This document shows positions 41,901-53,900 of a DNA stretch of 64,000 nt, in pieces. Made by a program: the position numbers and the translations under genes. Below the pieces are notes generated by a model. The model searched no databases. It was not told where the DNA came from and saw only the letters and a program-made list of their open reading frames with translations. This DNA comes from Chiloscyllium plagiosum (lineage: Eukaryota), in assembly GCF_004010195.1 (NCBI RefSeq), contig NC_057718.1:62892225-62956224 (forward strand), in the 5' to 3' direction. Positions within the stretch are counted from its first letter, which is position 1. Each line of letters opens with the position of its first letter.

Positions 41901-44900
41901 AAACCACTACAAATGGCGGAGGAAAGATCACAGAAGCGCTTCACAGGAGGCTCCCAAACACTGAGGATGTCACCTAGACAGGGGACAAACTTCTGCAACA
42001 CAAATTCCCAGCTCGGCGAACAGAACCACAACAACAACAACCTGAGCTACAAATCTTCTCACAAACTTTGAACACCTAGTTTTAATTTCAATCAAGTAAG
42101 TGATGACATCTTAAGAATCATGTACTCACTACATATTTAGAATGTACAGTATATCAACTTCATCTTGTACTGGGAAATATCATACTTTTATTTCTTACCT
42201 ATCATTTGCCAGATTTTCTAAACAACCTTCAATAAATCTCATTCTAATCTGCCGATCAGTAAACCAGCATACAAGGGAGCACAGCAGTTTCTCAGCTTCA
42301 TTTATCAACCCCTCTGAGAGATGAACCTACACAGACAAACAGAAAAGTAACCAAAAGCACTCCATTCAAACAATTCCAAATTGTTATTATGAAGGTAAAC
42401 ATACCGCGTCTTCATCTTGCACCAGGTCCCAAAGAAGAGTATTACCCTTTTTGCAAACATTATCTAAATTGATGTCTGTGACTGCATTTGAGTTGTATTG
42501 ATGCTTATGAACACTAGGAGCTGAGGAAAGAAGGTACAATATTCAAATATCAAAATAAAATGCATACTCAGGAATAGAGAAATTATTTACTTAAGACTCA
42601 ACAATTTTCCTCCTGCATTTACAATTCTCTACATTTTTCTATTGATCCAAACTCATTGTATGTATAAAAGGCAGTTTTCCAAATCTTTCACAGCATATGT
42701 GGTTTTGCCTTTATACTAACTTCCTCATGATCGCACAAAGGAGCCCACCTTTTCTTCCCCAACAGAAGATGTTATATTTTCATTACAGTCTGGAATAGTA
42801 CGACAAGAATTATGTATACCAACAGATCATCAACAAGTAATATTAATTACCTAAACAAGGTCAACTGATTTGCTCTTAATTCCAGTATCACAAGTAATAA
42901 ATGAGAAAAATAAAATCATAACAGTTACTTCAGTATAATTCCAGTTACAGTTTTCATCAAATGTCTTTCTAAACTTTAGAGAATAATCTCCCCACTAACA
43001 TAGTGCCATATTAGTGTTAAGTTATTTAACTTCATATACTAGCCAATACGTTGAAGTCCTGAAAGGAAAATTTTCATTCAAATGATAGTGTAATTTTTAT
43101 CTATCCCTTCCCAAACAGGCAAAATTAAGTGGGGTAATAGAGTCAATAAAAGATGAAATCAGTACATTTGAATAAGTGGATTTTAAATCCAAAAGGCAAG
43201 ATATAGTACCAGTTTGACTTAAACAAAAACAGAAAGAGACAGCAAACATTGATGGGATGTGTTTTCAGGCTGCCAAGCAGTGGTGGTAATGTAGGACACA
43301 GTATACATCAAAAGAAATTATAGGTGCATGTAACAAAAGTAATCATGGAGACGTCAAGCTACATGTAAGCTGGCCATACCTATCTAATGCTAGTACTGTG
43401 GAAGAATTCCTGGAAGACATTTTTGCTAGGAAGGTAGTTTGCTAGAATAATAAGTTGAACTACCAGTTACAGAATGGCTACTTTCTATATTGTGCAATGG
43501 GAAAAGGCTAATAATCATACTGCAAAAAAGCCTACAGATAAGTAGTGAGCACAAGGTGAGCTTGCGAGTGATGTAGTTAAATCTGAAACTAGGGTCTCAA
43601 ATGTGAACAAGGGAATTCACTAAGGTATAAGATGTAAATATTGATCTGGTATATTGGGAAACTTCATTAAAAATGTACAATGGTACATAGATATTGGTGA
43701 GCATTTAAAGTATTAATACATGGTTCACAAAAAAAAGTCCATTCCTTCAAGGCACAAAAACCTAGCAGGTGTGGTGACCCAACCATGGCTGCCAAAAGAA
43801 GTTAAAAATCACATTTGATCAAAAAAGGTTTCCTCTAATAATACTGAAAACAAAATAATTGGAAGAATTTTAGAATTCCACAAAGTGGAAATTGATAAAT
43901 GAAAGTGAAATAGAATGTTGAAAGTAAACTAGAGAAAAACAAAGATGGACTGTAAAAGCTTAAGTACATAAAATGAAAAATGTTAGAATAGACAAATATA
44001 GGTCCACCAGAGGCAGAGACAGGAAAGTTCATAATGGGGAATCAGGAAATAGCAGAGAACCTAAACAAATACAACAATTCTGTCTTCACAGAGGAAGACA
44101 TTCCTTCAAGGAATACTAGAGAACTAAGGGACTAATGAGAATAAAAAGTGAAATAAATGAGTATTGGAAAAAAGGTGCCACTGGAGAAATTAGTAGGAAT
44201 GAAAGTTGATAAATCCCCTGAATGTAATGGTCTATATTCCAAAGTGTTGAAAAAGGTGGCTGATGTGACCCCATGATTTAATAAAGGAAGAAGAGAGAAT
44301 TAGGGGAGATATAGGCCTCTTAGCTTGACATAATCAGTAGGGAAAATGCCAGAATCCATAATATAAGATGTGTAACTGGACGCTTATAAAATAATGGCAG
44401 GATTGGGCAGACTGCATTCACTGAAAGGACAATCATTTTTGACAGGCCTGACAGAGGTTTTTAGAATGAAGGACTGATAAGGTGGAACCATTAGTTATGG
44501 TGCTCAGTATTTGGATTTTCATAAGGCCTTCAATCATGGTTCCACACAGTAAGTTATTACACAAAATTACAACATATGGGATTGCAACTAAAATACTGAC
44601 ATTGAGAACTGTTTAACAAACAAAGTAGAAAGTAGAGAGTGGAAATAAACAGCTCACACTCTGCTTGACAGGCTATGGCAAGCTGTGTACAACATCATTT
44701 AGGCCCCAGCTGTTCAAAACTTGGGTGTGGAGGATAATATTTTCAAATATGCTGACGACTGAAAACCAGGTGCAAATGAGAGTTGAGAGGAGGAAGCAAA
44801 GAGGATTCAAGGCGATTTAAATACAATGACTGAGCAAAACAACATATAGAAAAATGTGAAGTTATTCACTTTGGTATACAGAACAGAAATGCAGCCTATT

Positions 44901-47900
44901 TCTTAAAAGGTATCCCAAAGGGATCTGGATGTGCATAATCATTAGTTACTGAAAGCAAACATGCAGGTCCAGTAAGCAATTAGCAAGGCAAATATCATTT
45001 TAGCTTTTAATCACAAGATGACTTGAGTACTGGAGTAAAAATGTCTTAGTGCAATTGTATAAAGCCTTTGTGAAACCAGAGTGGGCAAGGACTGATACAC
45101 TTACCATAGGGGGAGTGCATCAAAGTTATACCGTACAGATACCTGAGATGGCAGGATTGTCCTGTGGAGGTAGGAGACAGAGGATGTTGGTGGAGGGTTG
45201 CTTTTCAGACTGGAGGTCTGTGACCAGCAGTGTGCCATAAGGATTGGTGCTGGATCCACTGCTTGTTGTCATTTATACAAACGATTTGGTTGTGAACATA
45301 GGAGGTATGATTAGCAAGTTTGGAGATGACACCAAAATTGGAGATGTAGTGGACAGCTAAGAAAGTTTTCTCAAAACACAATGGAACTTTGATTAAGTGG
45401 GCCAAGGAGTGGCAGATGGAGTTTAATTCAGATAAATGTGAGATGTTGCATTTTGGTAAGGCAAATCAGGGCAGGGCTTACACATTTAATGACAAGGTCC
45501 TGAAAATTGTTACTGAACAAAGAGACCTTGGGGTGCAGGTTCATAGTTGTTGAAAGTGAAGTTGCAGATAGATAGGATAGTGAAGGCAGCATTTGGTAGA
45601 CTTGCCTTTACTGGTCAGTGCATTGAGTGTAGGATATCATGTTGTGGCTAGACAGGTCATTGGTTAGGTCACTTTTGGTCATTGCGTTCAATTCTGGTCT
45701 TCCTGCTTAGGAAAGATGTTGTTAAACTTCAGAGGGTGCAGAAAAGATCTCCAAGCATGTTGCCAGAAATGGAGCTATTGGGAGAGGATGGGGCTATTTT
45801 TCCTGGAGTGTCAGTGGTTGAGGAACGGCCTTATAGAGGATTATAAAATTATGAGGGGTATGGATAGGGTGAATAGCCAAGATCTTTTCCCCAGGACAGG
45901 GAAGTCCAAAACTAAAGGGCATACATTTAAGGTGAGAAGAGAAAGATATAAAAGGGACCTAATGGGCAACTTTTTCACACAGAGGATAGTACGTGTATGG
46001 AATTATTTGCTGGTAGAGATATTGTAAATAATTACAATATTTTAAATGCATCTGGATGGGTACATGAATAGGAAGAGTTGAGAGGGATATGGATCAAATA
46101 CTACTAAAATGAGACTAGATTAATTTCGAATATCTAGTCAGCATAGATGGTTTGGAGCAAAAGGTCTGTTTCCGTGTTGTACAACTCTGACTCTGCGAGG
46201 AATTAAGCAGTTTGTGCCTATATTCTCCTTAGAGTCTACAGTAACGAAAGGTGGTCGAATTGAACCAAAATTCTTCAATAGGTCAGATGGCATATAGCTG
46301 TGAAGACTGGTTGAAGGCAGTAGAGAGATCCAGAATCAGGAGATGCCATCTCAGGATAAGTAATAGGCCATTAGGAACTAAGATTAGGAGGAATTCTTTT
46401 TCATTTAGAAGGTGGTGAATCTTTGGAATTCCGTACTCTGAAAGACTCAGAATGCTCAGACATTAAGTACATATGAAACACAAATGAAAAAAAGCTATGC
46501 ATGAATAGATTTCTAGGTATTAAAGATCGCAGAAACTGGGCTACTGCAGGACATGATACTGAAGTAGAATATTAAATGGTAGAGTGGGATTAAGGGGCTA
46601 GGGTAAACATAAGTTTTGTTGCTGCCGGTTACAATAATAGAACCATTATTACTGTGAAGCATTTTAATATAATTTCAGTTCAGAGGCAAAACTCAGCTTT
46701 GCCAAATTGCAACATACAGTAAACTCCTATGAACTAATCTTTCTGATAATCTTAGGGGAAATTGGCTGAAGTGACTTTTTTTCCAACATAATTCAAATTT
46801 ATTACAATCCAATGCATTCACAAGTCTCAAGCAATAGCAATAGAAAACATGCAACAGTTTTCCATTTTACCATTCATTCTGAAAGTTAATGCACATTTTC
46901 CTACCTTGACTAAGATGTTCATGGTAGATAGACGCAAGATTGGGGAGATGTTGTTGAAGATGAGATGTAAGTTCTGCATGTGAATTAATCTGTACCAGTT
47001 CTTCCTCGCAACCTGACTCTTCCCCATCAAAGTCAGCCATGTTCTTTTCAGACTTTGCACTGACCTGAGAACTACTACAGCTGACATCATCTGCACTCAT
47101 CATATCATCACCCAAGTGCCTGTAAAGCAAATATTTCATAATAATAGAACTTCACAAGAAACCTTTTCTTTCCTATCTATACAGAAAATAATTTGCAAGA
47201 AATACATTTACATTCACACATTTGAAATGACACATATGTTGTAAGAGAATTTAATAGTTATCAAAAGCACACACTGAACTAGAAATTAAACCTATATTTA
47301 AAAGAAAGTAACCTGGGGCATGACAGACTGCCACACTCAAAAACAAGTTTAATTCTTTTCAATTGAGCAAAGATGATTATGGCTTTCCCTTTTCTTAATT
47401 AGTGCTTACAGTTAAACACCAGAAGCGAAAGCATCATTCTGTAAAATCAGTTTCAAGATCAAGACAGTGGCCAGATACATGTTAATGTTGGCATGATAAA
47501 AATTCTGAACATTATAGCTAATCAGAAAAATAATTTGAAAACTGGAGACTACTATTAAAATGTTTGGTGGGATGCTGTTTGGAGGGTCAGTGTAGACTCA
47601 ATGGGCCAAATGGCCTGCTTCCCCACTGTAGCTATTCTGTGATTCTAGCATTTGAAGAGTTGGACAAAGATTGCATAGATAAATACTATCAACACAATGC
47701 TAAAGAATCCTGCTAAGTGTAAAGTTCAGATTTCATGACTTTTTTAATCCTATTCATGGCAGCTCAACGGCAATAACACATTTTCTTGATTCAGAAGGTT
47801 GAGAGATCATGGCCTACAATAGAGATGTGAACAAAATCTAGGCCAACCTCTAGTATAATGGTGCAAGAATGCTGCACAGTTAAAGTTGCAACCTTTCAGA

Positions 47901-50900
47901 CAAAAGAAACTGAAGGTCCATCTATCCATCACAGCCCAACTGTGCTATTTCAAAAGACACCATGCGAGTCATCTGCTACAACCCAGCATCCCTCTGCACT
48001 TCTAAAGTCCTAACTACATTGGCTTTAAAGCAACTTGGAAATTCCTGAATGCTACTACTTTACGAAGTAACTCTGAAGTAGCAATGTTTTGTTTCCAAGA
48101 GACTCCTCCCAGGGCTGGGGAATGCATATTTCCCATAATTTGGAAAACTTAGTTTAAAGGAATCAGGGCCACTTGTGACCTCTACGTAGAGGAGCATTGC
48201 TGCTAGGTTGGAGGATAATTTATGACAACCCAAGGAGAGCAATAAGATGTAACTAATGGATAGCGTTAGTGAAGAATACAAAGAACAGCATATAAAAGGT
48301 TCGAGTCAGAAATGTTCATTTCTCAATGACTGTGAACAATTAATAACTCGCTGGAGGAGGAAGCTCTACAAATACCTATGATTTGGAGATGTTGGTGTTG
48401 GACTGGGGTGTACAAAGTTAAAAATCACACACCACCAAGTTATAGTCCAACAGGTTTAATTGGAAGCACTAGCTTTCGGAGCGCCGCTCCTTCATCAAAC
48501 ACAACCACCTGATGAAGGAGCAGAGCTCCAAAAGCTAGTGCTTCCAATTAAACCTATTGGACTATAACCTGGTGTTGTGATTTTTAACTTTGTACAAATA
48601 CTTACAAACTCAAAATGATGGACGGGCCCAGCACATCACTGTAAAAGCTAAACTAAGGCACTGGCAACAAACTTCAGCCACAACTACCAAGAGGACATTA
48701 CAGCTCAGCCTCCTCTCGATGTCACCAACATCTTCCCCAGTCTTCAGCCAATTTGATTCATTCCACACAATGTCAAGAATAGAAGGAGGCACTAGACACT
48801 GAAAAGGCTTTGGAGCTTGACAATATTTCAGCAATAAATTTAAGATGTGCCCCAGAATTTGCCCTAGTGTGTATTCTGCACAAAGAAAAGCAAGACAAAT
48901 TCACCCTGGCCCATTACGGAGAGTGTGGTGCTGGCAAAGCACAGCATCTTGATGAAGGGGTTATACTCAAAATGTTGATTCTCCTGCTCTTCAGATGCTG
49001 CCTGACTTGCTGTGCTTTTCCAGCACCACACTCTCGACTCTGATCTCCAGCCTCTGTAGCCCGGTCTTCCTCCCAGCCCATTATTGCCCCAGTTTACCCT
49101 CAATCATCAACAAACTGCTGGAAGGAGCTAACAACAATGCTATCAAGCAGCACATGCTTAGCAATAACCACTCAACAAAGCTTCCTCATTATAACTTCGG
49201 TCCAAACATGGTCAAAAGAGCGGAATATCCTTGAAAGTGAAAGTGACTACCCTTGATAAAGCTGCACTTGAGAGAATATAACATTAAAACAGTAAAAATT
49301 GAGTTATTGGGTGTAAGGGGGAAACTATGCTGATAGGAGTAATATCTAGTACAAAGAAGGATGCAGTTGTTTGTGAGTCCTCTCAGCTCCAGGATCCTTG
49401 CTTTACTGCAGGATCCTTGGAATAGTGTCTGATGCTTAACTATTTTTTTAGCTGTTTTAGTGATTTTCCAAGGGTGTTTGTTGAGCATTGCAGAATATTC
49501 AGCATACTTCTCACAGATAACCAAATGCAAAGACGTGGATAACATCCAGGTTTGATTTGGGCAATCCATATGAAAACTACAAAACCAGTTCAGAAGCTAG
49601 GAATCTTGCAGTGAGTCACTCACCATCTCACTGCCCAAAGTCTATCATCTACAAGGTACAAATCCAGAATGTGATGCCATATATTTCCCACTTGTCTGAA
49701 TGTTGTCTAACAACATTCAAGAAGCTTGACACCATCCAAGACAATTGGCACTGCAGTCACTCCCTGTACTATCAATATACAGTAGCAGTAGTTTGTACTA
49801 AGTACAAGAGGTGCTGCAGAAATGCATCAAGGCCCCTTAGATAACATCTTCCAAACCCATGACCACTACCACATAGTAGGACAAGGGCAGCAAATACCAC
49901 ACCATCTGTACATTTCTATCCAAGAGGCTCACTATCCTACCTTACAAATATATTGCAGTTCTTTCACTATCGCGGACTCAAAATCCTCAGGTCCATAAGA
50001 GCAGTGTAAGCATAACTGCACCAAATAGACTGGAGTAGTTCAAGGCACCTCGCCAGCACTTCCTCAAAGGTAATTGGGATGGACAACAAAAAGTGGTATC
50101 TCAGTCAGCAAAGCGAATATCCCCCAAATAATTAAAAACAAATCAATCTTAAATTATGAAGCTGAGGTACGTTCAAATCCTAAAACACTGCATTTCTGGT
50201 GAGAAGGTTGACAGGACCCTGTTTAGACCACAGAGCTCAAGTGCAAAGAAAATACTTTGAAAATGCCCAAATGTCAGAATCCAAATAACAGCAAAAGAAA
50301 TACTACCTAGTCACTAGAATAATCAAAAATTAACCAGATCTCTATAGACAATAGAAACAACATACGGAGGTATTTGGGTGCCTTTCAGTATTTTGCCTAG
50401 TTGATAATTAGGTAAATTGTTTTATCAAAAAGCGTGTCTTCGAGTACCAACACCATGTAATCTCAAGAATATCGACTTGCATAACATTCCCTGATTTACC
50501 TTTGTATTAAGAGTTAATTGTGTTGCATGAATTATATCAAGAAGGGATAGTAGGAAAAACAGGGCAATTAAGAGAGAGGCAATGGATAATATGGCTAATT
50601 AATTAATTTAAAACCGTAGGAATAAAAGAACAAATTGGAAACAGAGGCAGCTTCATTCTCATGGGAATATGGCCTAGGTAGCTTATTGAAATGTGATAAG
50701 TGGGCAGGCAGAGAGAAACACTGATGCCCTGGTTAAGGTCAGGTCAAAAACGATGCCTTTAGCTGGAGCCATCAAGGATACGCTATCCTTTCAGTGTAAA
50801 AGGTGCTACTTTGCATTATGAGAACACGAGAATTAGAGATAGACCATTCAGATCACTGAGCCTCCTTGATCATTTAAACACAATAATGGCTGACCTTGGG

Positions 50901-53900
50901 TTTCAAATCCACTTTCCCATTGGACCCTATTTCCCCTCAATTCCCAAGACACTTGAAATTTGTCTACATTGGCATAAATGTATTCGCTGATGGAACATCA
51001 TGGCAGAGAAGTACAAAGATTCACAACTATTTCAGTGATATAATCTCTCTCATCTCAGTCTTAAGTGATCAGCTCCATGTTTTAGGCTTGCTGAATAGTG
51101 GAAACACTTCCTCAGTGTCTATCTGATCAAGACACTTGAGGCAAAAGCCAAGAAATGTTAAAAAAAAATTGTTCAGGGTTCATGAGATGTTGATCACGGC
51201 TAGGTAGGCCATGTGGCAATGAATCTGAAAGTGGATGGGTTAAGTCAGATGTAGTCTCACAATTGTGTTAAAATGTTCTCTCAAGGCTTTGTAAAGGTAC
51301 TCTTCAAGCACAGAGGGTGAAGAGGCATCTGACCTGGGAATCAGCACCATCCATCAGACTTGGCCAAGGAAGAGATTGGACAACATACTTGTCACACCTG
51401 CCAGATAAAAGTAGCCAAGAGTCATTACCATGAGGGGGAGATTCAGAGTTCATAGCCTTCTAGCCAGGACATAACCACCTTGTTAACTACAGCTCAGATA
51501 CTGTTTATGCTGAATAGAAAAGGCAAGGAATGCATTTCAGAGTGTTAGGAGCACTTATTGTGCTCTTCAGAGTGGATCAGCTTTCATTGGTTCAGTCTAG
51601 AATCCAGCTTATTTCTGTCTCCAACAGCTAGTGACAACAACCATGCCCTGGCAAACCACTTCAACAAAATCAGGTGACAATAGTCAATGTGTGTTACCAC
51701 TGGTGAGTTAGGATTTACCTATCCTTGCAAGTGATGTTTTACTTGGTAGAATGAATGGAAGAATACAAAATAAATTTAACAGCCTAAGAAGCACTTGAAG
51801 TACCAAAGTCACCCACTCCATTCAGCATCATCTCCAGTTGACCCTCTGAGCAGCAGCCAAAATCAAACCAAAAATAAAATCATAATTTTATGGCAGAAGA
51901 CAAAAAGATCTGAAATCTTTTGAGATAAGAAATCATGTAATTTTAGCACTTTTAATGATTTATGGAAATGTTTCTAAAATTACTTCAACTGGGTAGAAAC
52001 ATTATTTTTATTTATTTGCCTTCTATTACCATCAAGACTAATGTATAAGATTAGCAAAGTGACCACAGGAATTCAATATAGTTTGTGAATGTAATACAGA
52101 CTAAATTAATATAAACAGCGCAACATGACCTTGCTGGAGTATGTATTTGCAAAGTGAATTTAAGAGCAACACCAATGCTTTGTGAATTATTTTCCAACAT
52201 GATGCTATTTTTACCAACACCTTCTTAAAGGCAATTAGAAATAGGTAGCAAATGCACAGATCACAGGAACAAATATGAATAATACAAGAACTTTGAAATT
52301 CACGTGACCAAGGATGCCAGCAACTACAAGATAGCACTAAAGCAGCATATGAATTTTGTCCCTCTCACACACCCAACTCTAACTCCCCCACAACCATCTC
52401 TCTCGTTCCCCTTTATAGAATCACAGAGTCCCAATAGTGAAGAAAGAAGTCATTCAGCACAACCAACTATCCCCATAACCCTGCATTACCATGCCTAATC
52501 CACCTAGCCGGCACATCATTAAGAGGCAATTTAGCATGAGCAATGCACTTAGTCTCCACATCTTTGGACTGTGTGAGGTAACATGAGAACTCATGCAGAC
52601 ATGGGGACAACATACAAACTCCACACAGTCACCAAAGGCTAGAATCAAACCTGGGATCCCAGTGCTGTGAGACAGCAATGCTAACCACTAAGCAACTGTT
52701 GGAACAAGACAATTTGAGGTTCCACCATGATGTGAACTCAGATCGGTGGATTCAAAGTCCAGAATCTAACTGTTAACTTAAAACTAGCTCAGACTCATCT
52801 CCCCCAGCCCCTCTCAGTCTCATCTGTCTCACTTCCCTTCACACGTCTCTCTCCCACTTCCCATTCCCACCCCTCCCCCTCAGACAACCGGCCCTCTCCC
52901 GCTTGCTCTCACACACTGCCTCTCTCTCTCCCCTAACGTCATTCCCACACCCACCTCAAGCTCTCTTCCCCTCTCCCATATCTAACTCTCACTCTCATCC
53001 ACCTACCGTGTTCTCTCTTTCTCTTCCTGTCACCCATGTACAAGAGAAAGGAATCAGAGTTCTACAGTTAGTTCACATTATCACTGATCAGACCAAAGTT
53101 GCATGTTTATTTTTCAGCCCCATTATAGCACCAAAAGTCAAAATATAATCACCGAATCCTCACAGTTTGAAATACCTCCTGCACTTTCAGATCTGCACCA
53201 GCTCTCTAAATCAGCATTAGGAATTTGTGTCTCTCCCCTTTTCCCATAACCCTGCATATGTAATTGAAACAAATAATCATCCAATGTACTCTTTGTTGTC
53301 TTGATTAAACCTGCCTCCACCAAACTTCTAGGCAGTCCACTCTAGATTCTAATTATTTGATGTGTGAACAAGGCACTTCTCATGCCAAACATATATTTTA
53401 AAACAGCAGATTTCAGAAGCCAATTTCAACAAAAAGTCAAATGATGAAAATTGCTAGTCCCTATTTGGACTCAGATTGACAAGGATGAGTAAACGACATT
53501 GGCAGAGTGCAACTCACCCTCGTGTAATCTGTTCTGTGTGCAGGTCAGGATATTGCACACCCACGCAAAATAAAAATATATAATTAGTCACCAATACAGG
53601 TAAAGTTGAATCATTTGGAACATACTAGTGGTCAATTGTCCAGAATCCTAGAACTCTCACACACCTGTGGATAAAGTTACAGTTGGCAACAGGACTAACT
53701 AACATTACGAGTTTGAACAAACTACTGAAAAGGTCAGAGTCCACAGAAATAACATTAAAGCAAGCTTGTGTTTAAATCTCAATCCATATCTTTGACAACA
53801 CAGTGGTATCATCCTTCATTTGCTTGTGGTAATCTTTTCATTATATACAAAACTTAGAGAAAAGTATTCAAAAACAGAATGAGCCGACAGGAGTGGAGGA

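Noticed and set aside
32362..48596. Host-selected functional ribozymes regulating USP34
   Set aside because: Most copies have lost core bases, often CGAAA>CAAAA consistent with CpG decay, which fits neutral erosion after insertion.
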